Shown here in pieces: positions 49,604-59,369 of a DNA stretch of 64,000 nt. Position 1 is the stretch's first letter. Each line of letters begins with the position of its first letter. The notes beneath the pieces are model-generated. The model was not told the DNA's origin. It worked only from the letters and a program-made list of their open reading frames with translations, and did no database searches. This DNA is from Ginglymostoma cirratum. Its lineage: Eukaryota. The stretch lies in contig JAHRHZ010000002.1 of NCBI GenBank assembly GCA_024137785.1, positions 4,927,258 through 4,991,257 of the forward strand, written 5' to 3'. The position numbers and the translations under genes were made by a program.

Positions 49604-49636
49604 TGCAGGCTCTTGTATAGGTCTCGCTTGGAGAAT
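49604..49636 (-). CDS. MHC class I cytoplasmic exon (33 nt, DSPSETYTRAC, YxxA motif)
   Basis: Acceptor TTTTGTCTCTGCAG, donor GTTAGT. The downstream intron begins with the same ACTGAGGGGACAGA motif as the intron after exon 5. Confidence 0.7.
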
Positions 49637-50023
49637 CTGCAGAGACAAAATAAATGTCTGTTAGGATGGGGAATAGTCCATTCTCAGAGAGTGAGAATGC
49701 AATGTGTGAGGGAATACAGATTATGTAAGAAATTCCCATTCCTACACTTCCCTACATCCTTACATTTTATGGAGATTTGGGAGATCTCTTCCATACAACC
49801 GATATTTAGTCGGTGAGGATGTGAGTGTGTTTGAGGTGGGTTTAATGGACAATATTACAATATTAGACCTGGTCTGAGCCAATCACACAAAGAAAGATCA
49901 GACAGGAAACAAGATGTGTTTATACTTGCATGTGTGGATATTCATCAGTTCCATTCAAAACAGTGCTCTGTACTCCCAGTGCTAGAGGTTACCTGACAGT
50001 CAGTCTGTCCCCTCAGTTCTTAC

Positions 50024-50127
50024 CTAAAGCTTTTTCCAGATGATTATTCCAAATATCGAAGCCATTGCAGTGACTAATCCAATCACAATTACAAGACGGG
50101 AACGTTCCATACTGTTTTCTGGGATTT
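50024..50127 (-). CDS. MHC class I exon 5, connecting peptide + transmembrane (EIPENSMERSRLVIVIGLVTAMASIFGIIIWKKL*)
   Basis: Acceptor TGTTTCAG, hydrophobic stretch then WKK, TAG immediately before donor GTAAGA. Confidence 0.85.
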
Positions 50128-50557
50128 CTGAAACATATTGAATAATATCAGGATGCTCTCTGTTCCTGGATCTATACTCAGTTCTGTTTTAACTGGGTAC
50201 ATGTTTAACTGATTCCCACCCATTAGGAATTGATGAGATTGGTTGAAACGCTGGTTTGACATGCCCAATTTCACTCTCCATTGAAGTCACTAGAGATCCT
50301 GTTGATGGAGCTGTAAAAAATCTAGTGCTGCAATCCTGGACAAGAGAGAACTATCTTCAAGTTAGAGTGAGATCATTTAGGATTGAAATCAAGAAACACT
50401 TCCTCATGAAAATTGGAGTGGATTTCTGGAACTCAATTACCTCCGAGTGCTGACGCTCCATTGAATTTTTCTAGACTTGAGATCATGAGACTTTTGTAGG
50501 GAAAGGGCAGGAAGTGGGTAGAGGGAGTGAGGTAAGTCAGACAAGACTTCACTGAAT

Positions 50558-50787
50558 AAAAGCAGAAGTTGTTGGAAAAGTGCAGCAGGTCTGGCAGCAT
50601 CTGTGAAGAAAAAGTCAGAGTTAACGTTTCGGGTCTGGTGACCCTTCCTCAGAACTGGACTGGACCAGAAACGTTAACTCTGACTTTTTTTTCTTCACAG
50701 ATGCTGTCAGATCTGCTGAGCTTTTCCAGCAACTTCTGTTTTTGTTCCTAATTTACAGCATCCACAGTTCTTTCGGTTTTTATTTAG
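50558..50787. mobile_element. Inverted Penelope-like terminal insertion (subfamily B) in MHC intron 4
   Basis: Arms ~50558-50636 and ~50660-50745 are reverse complements. 13-bp TSD GACTTCACTGAAT (50545-50557, 50788-50800). Confidence 0.9.
50620..50655 (-). ncRNA. Minimal type I hammerhead ribozyme motif (sense to MHC gene)
   Basis: GTT-CTGAGGA-A-GGGTC ACCA GACCC-GAAA-CGTT-AAC. Confidence 0.75.
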
Positions 50788-50879
50788 GACTTCACTGAAT
50801 GGTGGTGGAATAGATTCGAGGGGCTGAAAGGCAAGCTCCTGTTCCCATACTAGATATATGTACACATATATCGATAATC

Positions 50880-50886
50880 TCACACG

Positions 50887-50918
<32 letters not shown>
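50880..50918. repeat. (CG)n(CA)n microsatellite at the start of MHC intron 4
   Basis: Direct observation. Confidence 0.9.
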
Positions 50919-50934
50919 GTAGCCAGCTCCTTAC

Positions 50935-51213
50935 CCCACTGATAGAACTTGGCCTCTGACAGGCTGCTGTGTTCAACTTGACAGGAGTATTGATCATCAT
51001 CCTCAGCACTGATTTCAATCTCTTTCTGGATCTGATGGGTCCCATCATGGTTCGGTCGAATCCCTGAGGATTGTATATCAGACATGACCTCTCCATTCAT
51101 TAGCCAGGTCACCTCGATGTCTACGGGATAAAATCCAGTGACCAGGCAGGAGAGAGTGAGCAGCTTGTCCTGACGATTGGGCTCGCTTCTGGAGATGAAC
51201 ACTTCAGGCTGAA
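50935..51213 (-). CDS. MHC class I exon 4, alpha3 Ig C1 domain (279 nt)
   Basis: LSCLVTGFYPVDIEVTW..RPNHDGTHQ..YSCQVEHSSL..QW. Canonical AG/GT sites. Confidence 0.95.
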
Positions 51214-51321
51214 CTGTGATGGGAAAGGGTGAAAAAACAAACAACAAACAGACGTTGACTGGAATGGGAAAACGGTTTCTGAAAATAAATAAAAACATGG
51301 GATTAAAACTGAAATTCATAC

Positions 51322-51597
51322 CTTTCCGTTCAAAATATCTCTTTCCTGCTTGGAAATATACATTTAAGTCCTGAACAAAAACGTCTTCCAAATGTGTTTT
51401 CCAAAACTTGTTCCAGGTTTCATCAGCATTCCATTTCTCTTTCGTTTTCACTGCATTATGATTGGTTGCGATCCATTTCATTCTGACTGGCTCTAAACTC
51501 AGATAGTCTTTTCCATCAAATCCAACTCGCATCGATTTCTTAATAGAGCCATCGTCAGAGATTTCAACAATAGTTATAAATTGAAAAATGTGAATTC
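51322..51597 (-). CDS. MHC class I exon 3, alpha2 domain (276 nt)
   Basis: CTGCAG acceptor. GIHIFQ..DDGS..GFDGKDYLSL..W.A..AVKTKEKW..LE..YFQAGK..ERK. Donor G|GTATGA. Confidence 0.92.
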
Positions 51598-51899
51598 CTG
51601 CAGGTGTCCAAACAGAGAAAAACAAACAAAACATTTTGCTAATTGAACATTGAAAGTTGTTTGATAAGAGGGGAAAGGGATTGGGTTTCAGTTAGAAATG
51701 GGGAATTAGAGTCACAGTCTCTGATCAGAGGGGAGAGAGGACCTAGTATCAGATAGAAATGGGGGATTAGAGTCACAGTCACCTCAGGAGATTGACTGAG
51801 TGGAGTGACCCAAGGGTCAGTTCTGGGATATGAAGAGAGTGGAATGATTCTGGGTGAAAGCAGATAATCAATGTGCATTCTCTGTAGGTTTGATCTTAT

Positions 51900-52160
51900 C
51901 AGACGTCTGGTTTGTCATTGTCATCATTGCTTTCAGATTCTCTTTAGTCAGCTCTGAATTTGCGTTCACCAAATTTGAGATATGGTCCCAGAATTGAACA
52001 CTGAAATAGTCAGCCATGAACTGTTGCCTGGGGATGCAACGATGGATCACACTGTCATGGTAACCTACTTGGACTCCATTGACCATTGCTACAGATGTCA
52101 CCTCAGGGAAATCTTTAATGCCCGATACTATTGTGTATATCACTGTGTGCGACTTAGTGT
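51900..52160 (-). CDS. MHC class I exon 2, alpha1 domain (261 nt)
   Basis: Acceptor TTTCTCTTTACAG. DTKSHTVIYTIVSGIKDFPEV..MVNGVQVGYHDS..PRQQFM..FWD..NQTS (N86 glycan site). Followed by ATAAGA instead of GTAAGA. Confidence 0.9.
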
Positions 52161-53059
52161 CTGTAAAGAGAAATAATAAAGGAGGTTACCAAACACTAAA
52201 ATAAGCATCATCATGATCAACCTGGACTCTACTGACCACAATAAGCCCAGAAACCTCAGCAGTATCATTAATGCCAAAGACTGCCATGAAATATACTGTA
52301 AAGGTATTACTGTCTATAACCCACAATAACAGGACAGTCAATAACCATGTACACGTATTATCACATGATCAAAGTGACCCTCCTAACCAGGGAACATCCG
52401 AACTGAGGAATTCAGGTTAACCTGAGAGTAGGTCTATGGTTTATTACCATAACCAGAAAAGATGTGGAGTGAGTGAATCCAGATTGAAATAAAGAGAAAC
52501 AAGAATATTTGGGAGGATGAAGTATGAGACCAAGGCAGACAGTCACTGTGTGAACAGTCTCTCTTTCAAACATGGGGATGGACACTCCAGAGCAGGATCC
52601 TCACTGTCCTTCACTGAGCTTTTTAATCACCCCTTTATACATGGTCAGTAGGAGGTTGGTGACTGAGAAAATCCAACCTATTCAACCATGAGGGCATCAC
52701 AACTGGGCCTTGGTGGGTTAAACACGGAGTATCCTTCTCCTCCCGGCAGTGTTTACAAGGCTTCAGACCAGGAACGATGAAACTGGTTTACTTCTCCCAA
52801 TTGATGTGAAAATTAAAATTGTCCATATGGACTATTTCCCAAGCTTCTGTGATCTTGGGGTTTCTATATCCCGCTGCCAGGACACCTGGACACAAATCCC
52901 ATCCGAGTTTCCCAGACTGTGCTTCCTTCAATGTGTAAACTACCAGGCTGGCTGTAAAACAGGCGGCTGGTGAAACGTCCCCCATTTCAAACTCTCACCA
53001 AGAGATTTACATTCATGCCAGAAAGAGGGGGAGAATGGTAAACTGAATTCTGTACTTAC

Positions 53060-53111
53060 CAGGAGAGACCCAGGAAAAACACAGGGAGATGGAGAAAAGG
53101 ATCAGCAGCAT
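53060..53111 (-). CDS. MHC class I exon 1, signal peptide MLLILFSISLCFSWVSP
   Basis: ATG at 53111-53109, hydrophobic 17-mer, phase-1 donor G|GTAAGT. Confidence 0.85.
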
Positions 53112-53157
53112 TCTGGAAATCCACTATCCCTATTCTAATCAGGCACTGGGAATAATA

Positions 53158-56100
53158 CTGTATCAGAGAGAAAAAGTACTGCAGATGCTGGAGAATCCGA
53201 GATAACAAGGTGTAGAGCTGGATGAACACAGCAGGCCAAGCAGCATCATAGGAGCAGGAAAGCTTGACATTTGGGCCTAGACCTTTCATCAGAAATGGGG
53301 GAGGGGAAGAGGGTTCTGAAATAAATAGGGAGAGAGGGGGAGGTGGGGAGAGGATGGATAGAGGAGAGGATAGGTAGAGAGGAGGCAGACAAGTCGAAGA
53401 GGCAGGGATGGAGCCAGTAAAGGTGAGTGTAGGTGGGGGCGAAGGGAGGAGATAGGTCAGTCCAGGGAGGACGGACAGGTCAAGGGGGCGGGATGAGGTC
53501 AGTAGACAGGAGATGGGGGTGGGGCTTGAGGTGGGAGGACGGGACAGGTGAGAGGAAGAACAGGTTAGGGAGGCGGAGATGAGCTGGGCTGGTTTTGGGA
53601 TGCGGTTGGGGGAGGGGAGATTTTGAAGCTTGTGAAATCCACATTGATACCATTGGGCTGCAGGGTTCCCAAGCTGAATATGATTTGCTGTTCCTGCAGC
53701 CTTCGGGTGGCATCACTGTGGCATTGCAGGAGGCCCAGGATGGACATGTCGTCTGAGGAATGGGAGGGGGAGTTGAAATGGTTCGCGACTGGGAGGTGCA
53801 GTTGTTTGTTGCGAACTGAGCGCAGGTGTTCTGCAAAGCGGTCCCCAAGCCTCCGCTTGGTTTCCCCGATGTAGAGGAAGCCACAACGGGTACAGCGGAT
53901 GCAGTATACCACATTGGCAGATGTGCAGGTGAACATCTGCCTGATGTGGAAAGTCTTCTTGGCGCCTGGGATTGGGGTGAGGGAGGAGGTGTGAGGGCAG
54001 GTGTAGCACTTCCTGCGGTTGCAGGGAAAAGTGCCGGGTGTGGTGGGGCTGGAGGGGAGTGTGGATCGGACAAGGGAGTCGTGGAGGGAGTGGTCCCTCC
54101 GGAAAGCAGATAAGGGTGGGGAGAGAAAAATGTCTTTGGTGGTGGGGTCAGATTGCAGATGGCGGAAGTGTCGGAGGATGATGGGTTGGATCCGGAGGTT
54201 GGTGGTGTGGTACGTGAGGACGAGGGGGATTCTTTTTTGGTTATTATTGCGGGGACGGGGTGTGAGGGTTGAGTTACGGGAAATGCGGGAGACATGGTCG
54301 AGGCCGTTCTCGACCACTGTTGGGGGGAAGTTGCGGTCCTTGAAGAATGAGGACATCTGAGATGTACGGGAGTGGAATGTCTCATCCTGGGAGCAGATGC
54401 GGCGGAGGTGAAGGAATTGGGAATAGGGGATGGCATTTTTGCAGGAAGGTTTGGTTGGAGGAGGTGTATTCCAGGTAGTTGTGGGAGTCAGTGGGCTTGA
54501 AATGGATATCGGTTTCTAGGTGGTTACCCGAGATGGAGACAAAGAGGTCCAGGAAGGAGAGAGAAGTGTTGGAGATGGTCCAGGTGAACTTCAGGTTGGG
54601 GTGGAAGGTGTTGGTGAAGTGAATGAACTGTTCGAGCTCCTCGTGGGAGCACGAGGCGGTGCCGATACAGTCATCAATGTAACAGAGGAAGAGGTGGGGT
54701 TTAGGGCCAGTGTATGTACGGAAGAGGGATTGTTCCACGTAACCTACAAAGAGGCAGACATAGCTTGGGCCCATGCGGGTACCCATGGCCACCCACTTTG
54801 TCTGTAGGAAGTGGGAGGAATTGAAAGAGAAGTTGTTGAGGGTGAGGAGGAGTTCGGCTAAGCGGATGAGGGTGTCAGTGGAGGGGGATTGGTCAGGTCT
54901 GCGGGACAGGAAGAAGCGGAGGGCCTTTAGGCCATCTGTATGCGGAATACACTGGCCCTAAACCCCACCACTTCCTCCGTTACATTGATGACTGTATTGG
55001 CGCCGCCTCGTGCTCCCACGAGGAGCTTGAACAGCTCATCCACTCCACTAACACCTTCCACCCCAACCTTAAGTTCACCTGGACCATCTCTAACACCTCG
55101 CTCTCCTTCCTGTACCTCTCTGTCTCCATCTCGGGTAATCACCTAGAAACCGATATCCATTTCAAGCCCACTGACTCCCACAGCTACCGAGAATACACCT
55201 CCTCCCACCCATCTTCCTGCAAAAATGCCATCCCCTATTCCCAATTCCTTCGCCTCCACTGCATCTGCTCCCAGGATGAGGCATTCCACTCCCGTACATC
55301 TCAGATGTCCTCATTCTTCAAAGACCGCAACTTCACCCCAACACTGGTCGAGAACGCCCTCGACCGTGTCTCCCGCATTTCCCGTAACTCAACCCTCACA
55401 CCCCGTCCCCGCAATAATAACCAAAAAAGAATCCCCCTCGTCCTCACATACCACACCACCAACCTCCGGATCCAACGCATCATCCTCTGACACTTCCGCC
55501 ATCTGCAATAAGACCCCATCACCAAAGACATTTTTCTCTCCCCACCCTTATCTGTTTTCCGGAGGGACCACTCCCTCCACGACTCCCTTGTCCGCTCCAC
55601 ACTCACCTCCAGCCCCACCACACCCGGCACTTTTCCCTGCAACCGCAGGAAGTGCTACACCTGCCCCCACACCTCCTCCCTCACCCCAATCCCAGGCCCC
55701 AAGAAGACTTTCCACATCAGGCAGATGTTCACCTGCACATCTGCCAATGTGGTATACTGCATCCGCTGTACCCATTGTGGCTTCCTCTGCATCGGGGAAA
55801 CCAAGCGGAGGCTTGGGGACCGCTTTGCAGAACACCTGCGCTCAGTTCGCAACAAACAACTGCACCTCCCAGTCACGAACCATTTCAACTCCCCCTCCCA
55901 TTCCTCAGACGACATGTCCATCCTGGGCCTCCTGCAATGCCACAGTGATGCCACCCGAAGGCTGCAGGAACAGCAAATCATATTCAGCTTGGGAACCCTG
56001 CAGCCCAATGGTATCAATGTGGATTTCACAAGCTTCAAAATCTCCCCTCCCCCAACCGCATCCCAAAACCAGCCCAGCTCATTTCCACCTCCCTAACCTG

Positions 56101-56463
56101 TCCTTCCTCTCACCTGTCCCCTCCTCCCACCTCAAGCCCCACCCCCATCTTCCGTCTACTGACCTCATCCCGCCCCCTTGACCTGTCCGTCCTCCCTGGA
56201 CTGACCTATCTCCTCCCTATCCCCCCGACCTACACTCACCTTTACTGGCTCCATCCCCGCCTCTTCGACTTGTCTGCCTCCCCTCCACATATCCTCTCCT
56301 CTATCCATCCTCTTTCTACCTCCCCCTCTCTCCCTATTTATTTCAGAACCCTCTTCCCATCCTCCATTTCTGATGAAGGGTCTGGGCCCGAAACATCAAG
56401 CTTTCCTGCTCCTATGATGCTGCTTGGCCTGCTGTGTTCATCCAGCCCCACACCTTGTTATCT
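53158..56463. mobile_element. Young Penelope-like element (subfamily A; RT C-terminus + GIY-YIG) inserted as a large inverted duplication
   Basis: Minus arm 53165-54946 (AMGTRMGPSY, YIDD, NVVYCIRC..CGFLYIGETKRRL) and plus arm 54947-56463. 12-bp TSD CTGGGAATAATA (53146-53157, 56462-56473). Hammerhead variants at ~53266-53292 (-, GAAA damaged) and 56370-56397 (+, ACGT>ACAT). Confidence 0.95.
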
Positions 56464-56889
56464 GGGAATAATATGCTTTGAGGGGGAACAAATTGTTGTT
56501 TGTAAACTGGAAAAAAAACAAAAACATATCCCTGGAGACTTGATTTTACTAAAACTCGGATGAACTGTTGTTTGTACATAAAACTAGAATGAAACAAAGA
56601 AGTTTACCAAGACTTTGATTCACTGTTAAAACTTGATCTTTGATCATCTCCTGACAGCAGAACCAGCGGGTGAATGATTGGTTAATTTTAGTCAAATAAC
56701 CAATTAAAAGATAAATGATTGATTGTCACCAGTTACTGGGAGGAAGAAGTTCAGGGATTTATTATCAGGCAGAGAAATAATTGTGACTCACCTTTGTGTG
56801 GCACACTTGTTTGATGATAGTCTCAGTACTTCCTGAGGTTTTATGAAACAAAGTATGGTAATGTGCTATATAAGGAAATGTTGGACAAG

Positions 56890-57123
56890 ACAAAAACCAA
56901 AAGAACTGCGGATGCTGGAAATCAGAAACAGTAACAGAAATTCTTAGAAAATCTCAGCAGGTCTGGCAGCATCCATGGAGAATTAATGTTTTGGGTCCAG
57001 TGACAGTGACAGTGACTTCAGCATTTTGAAGAAGAGTCACTGGATCTGAAATGTTAATTCTAATTTCTCTCCACTGATGCTACCAGACCTGCTGAGTTTT
57101 TCCAACAATTTCTGTTTTTGTTC
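56890..57123. mobile_element. Older inverted Penelope-like terminal insertion
   Basis: Arms 56925-57004 and 57036-57122 are imperfect reverse complements. Decayed hammerhead TTGAAGAAGAGTCACTGGATCTGAAATGTT. Confidence 0.8.
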
Positions 57124-57239
57124 AGGAACTATTGGGTCAGACAAACAAACATTTTCCCTGAGACTTGTGTGCACCAAGCAGCAAAGGTTGTGCAACACTG
57201 TAGAGATGGAATTGTAGAGCTCAGGGCCCAAGTAGCTGA

Positions 57240-58880
57240 AAACTCCTTGTCGGGTGATTATAGTTCTGGAAGTTTAAAATGTTAGAGTTAGAGAAGGGCA
57301 GATATCTCAGAGGGCTGCGGGGTTGGAGGAGATTACGAAGATAGGGAGAGGCAAGTCCACAGAGCAGTTTCAAAAATTGGACGAGAATTTATAAATGCAG
57401 CTTTGCTTCACCAGGAATGTCCATAGATCAGTGAGCAGAGGGTGATTGAGGAAGAGTTATTGAGTCATAGAGTCATACAGCACGGAAACAGACCCTTCAG
57501 TCCAACTTGTCCATGCCGCCCAAGTTTCCCAAACAAAACTAGTCCTATTTGCCTGTGTTTGGCCTTCATCCCTTCAAAAGTGGCCTCACCAACAACCTGT
57601 ACAACCACAACATGATGTCCCAACTCTGATTCTCTCAATGTTCTGAGCAATGAAGGCATAGATGCCAAACACCTTCTTCATCACTCTGTCTATCTGTAAT
57701 GCAACTTTCAATGATCTGTATATCTGAACCCCTAGGTCTTTCTGTTCTCTAACAGTCCCCAGGGCCCTGCCCTTGTTCACCTTACCAAAATCATTTATCT
57801 AAATTAAACGCCATCTGCCACTCCTTGGCCTGTTCGCCCAATTGATCAAGATCCATTTGTAATCTTAGGTAACTTTCCTCACTATCTACTATACCACCAA
57901 GTTTGCTGTCATCCGCAAACTTACTGACCATGCTTCCTGTATTCTCATCCAAATTGCGTATATAAATGACGAACAACAGTAGACCCAGTACCAATCCCTG
58001 CGGAACACTGCTGGCCACAGGCCTCCAGTCTGACAAACAGCCCTCCAGCACTACCCTCTTTCAGGTCTGTTGTATTCCATTCTGGCCAACTTGCATGCCA
58101 CTTGCTTGGAGTTAATACTATTGCTAATTTTCCTTGTAAGCCATGGTTTGGCCACCCTTCCTGTTTTACTTTTGCGCAGAAAGGAATGAACAGTTGTTAT
58201 GCCTTTTCAATGTTTGCCATCGCCTTTCCACTGTCACACTTTTAAGTAATATTTCCCAATCTATCATAGCCAACTGCAACCATCTACCATCGTATTTTCC
58301 TGTATTTAGATTCAGGACCTTAGTCTCCAAAATCAACTCCGTCACTCTCCATCTTGATGAAGAATCCTATTATATTATGGTCACCAAAGGGCCTCACACA
58401 GCTAGATTACCAGTCATTCCTTTCTCACTACACAATACCAAGTCTAGTTTGGCTTGTTCTCTAGTTGGTTCCTCAATCTAATGGTCCAGAAAGCCATCCC
58501 ATATACACTCCAGGCATTCCTATTCTGCGGTATTAGTAATTTAGTTTGTCCAACCCATATGCGATTAAAGTCACCCAGAATTAAGGGTAGAAATTCCAGA
58601 GCTCAGGGCAGCCACCATTGGTCAGCCCAAAAAGAAGATAGGGAATATTTAGAGAGCTGGAAGACCAACAATATATTGAAAGTTGTAAGGCTGGAGAAGG
58701 GTGCAGGAATAGTGGGGGAGCTACCGATGGATTTGAACATGATGATAAGAATTTTAAAATGGTGGTGCTTGAGAACAATGAACTTATGTAAATCAACAAT
58801 CATAGGGATAAAAATGGGTGATCAGGACTTACATCAGGTTAGTGATGCAACATTTTGGATGAATTCACATTTTCAGATGA
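57240..58880 (-). mobile_element. CR1 fragments (57465-58580) flanked by L2 fragments
   Basis: SSVPQGLVLG, SKFADDSKLGG, EQKDLGVQI; tail TGTATGACTCTATGACTC. L2-like flanks at 57240-57450 and 58600-58880. Confidence 0.8.
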
Positions 58881-59369
58881 TATAAGAGGGGGGAGGAACA
58901 AGACTTCCTCAGCCCTGAGAGGGTCCAACAGATTGCACACTCCATGGGGATGCAGGGACTCCAACAGCGACGAGACCTTGGGTAAACAGACGTTGGGTTT
59001 CTGGCAATTTCTATAAATCTTAAATAGGTTTAAAAATAGCTAGGATTAACATGTAATGTTAAATTGACCATGCAGTGCATTTCCATTTTGACCTACCTGG
59101 CCAACTGAAAAGCGGACCTGCTGTTTCTGCAGGAGTGCAGGATACCACACCTTGGCAAGTATGAGAAATGGTCAAGCTTGTGGGCCCATAGGCCTTCAAT
59201 TTGTTCGGGGGCAATGACTGCTGTTCCTCCCGCCTGGGTATTCTGCTGCGACGAGGCAACTTCAATATCTCCAAAGTTAAGGAGGCAGTGGTGGGCATCT
59301 CTTGGTAGCAGATGTTATGTACAGAAACGTTCCTGAGAGACTAATTAATGTGTATGGCCTGTTGGTAAA

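Larger units (their letters stand above)
48965..53111 (-). pseudogene. Nonclassical MHC class I heavy-chain gene, probably recently inactivated
   Basis: Leader, alpha1, alpha2, alpha3, TM and cytoplasmic exons in canonical order with phase-1 junctions. Lesions: intron-2 donor AT, TM exon 104 nt ending in TAG, PLE insertion next to the ATG. Confidence 0.8.

Noticed and set aside
50792-51634. 280-aa ORF as a single-exon gene
   Set aside because: It is MHC I exons 3 and 4 read through intron 3 and into flanking introns and the microsatellite.
53480-56181. Two 318-aa Pro/Ser/Thr-rich ORFs (53480-54436 -, 55225-56181 +) and several antisense ORFs
   Set aside because: Alternative frames of the C-rich Penelope RT/GIY-YIG sequence, duplicated by the inversion. 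No independent protein signature.
56474-56760. Possible ISRE/CCAAT/Y-box motifs of the displaced MHC I promoter (GAATGAAAC ~56587, TGATTGG ~56675, CCAAT ~56700)
   Set aside because: Short and degenerate. I could not establish the S-X-Y spacing, so these are not called as features.
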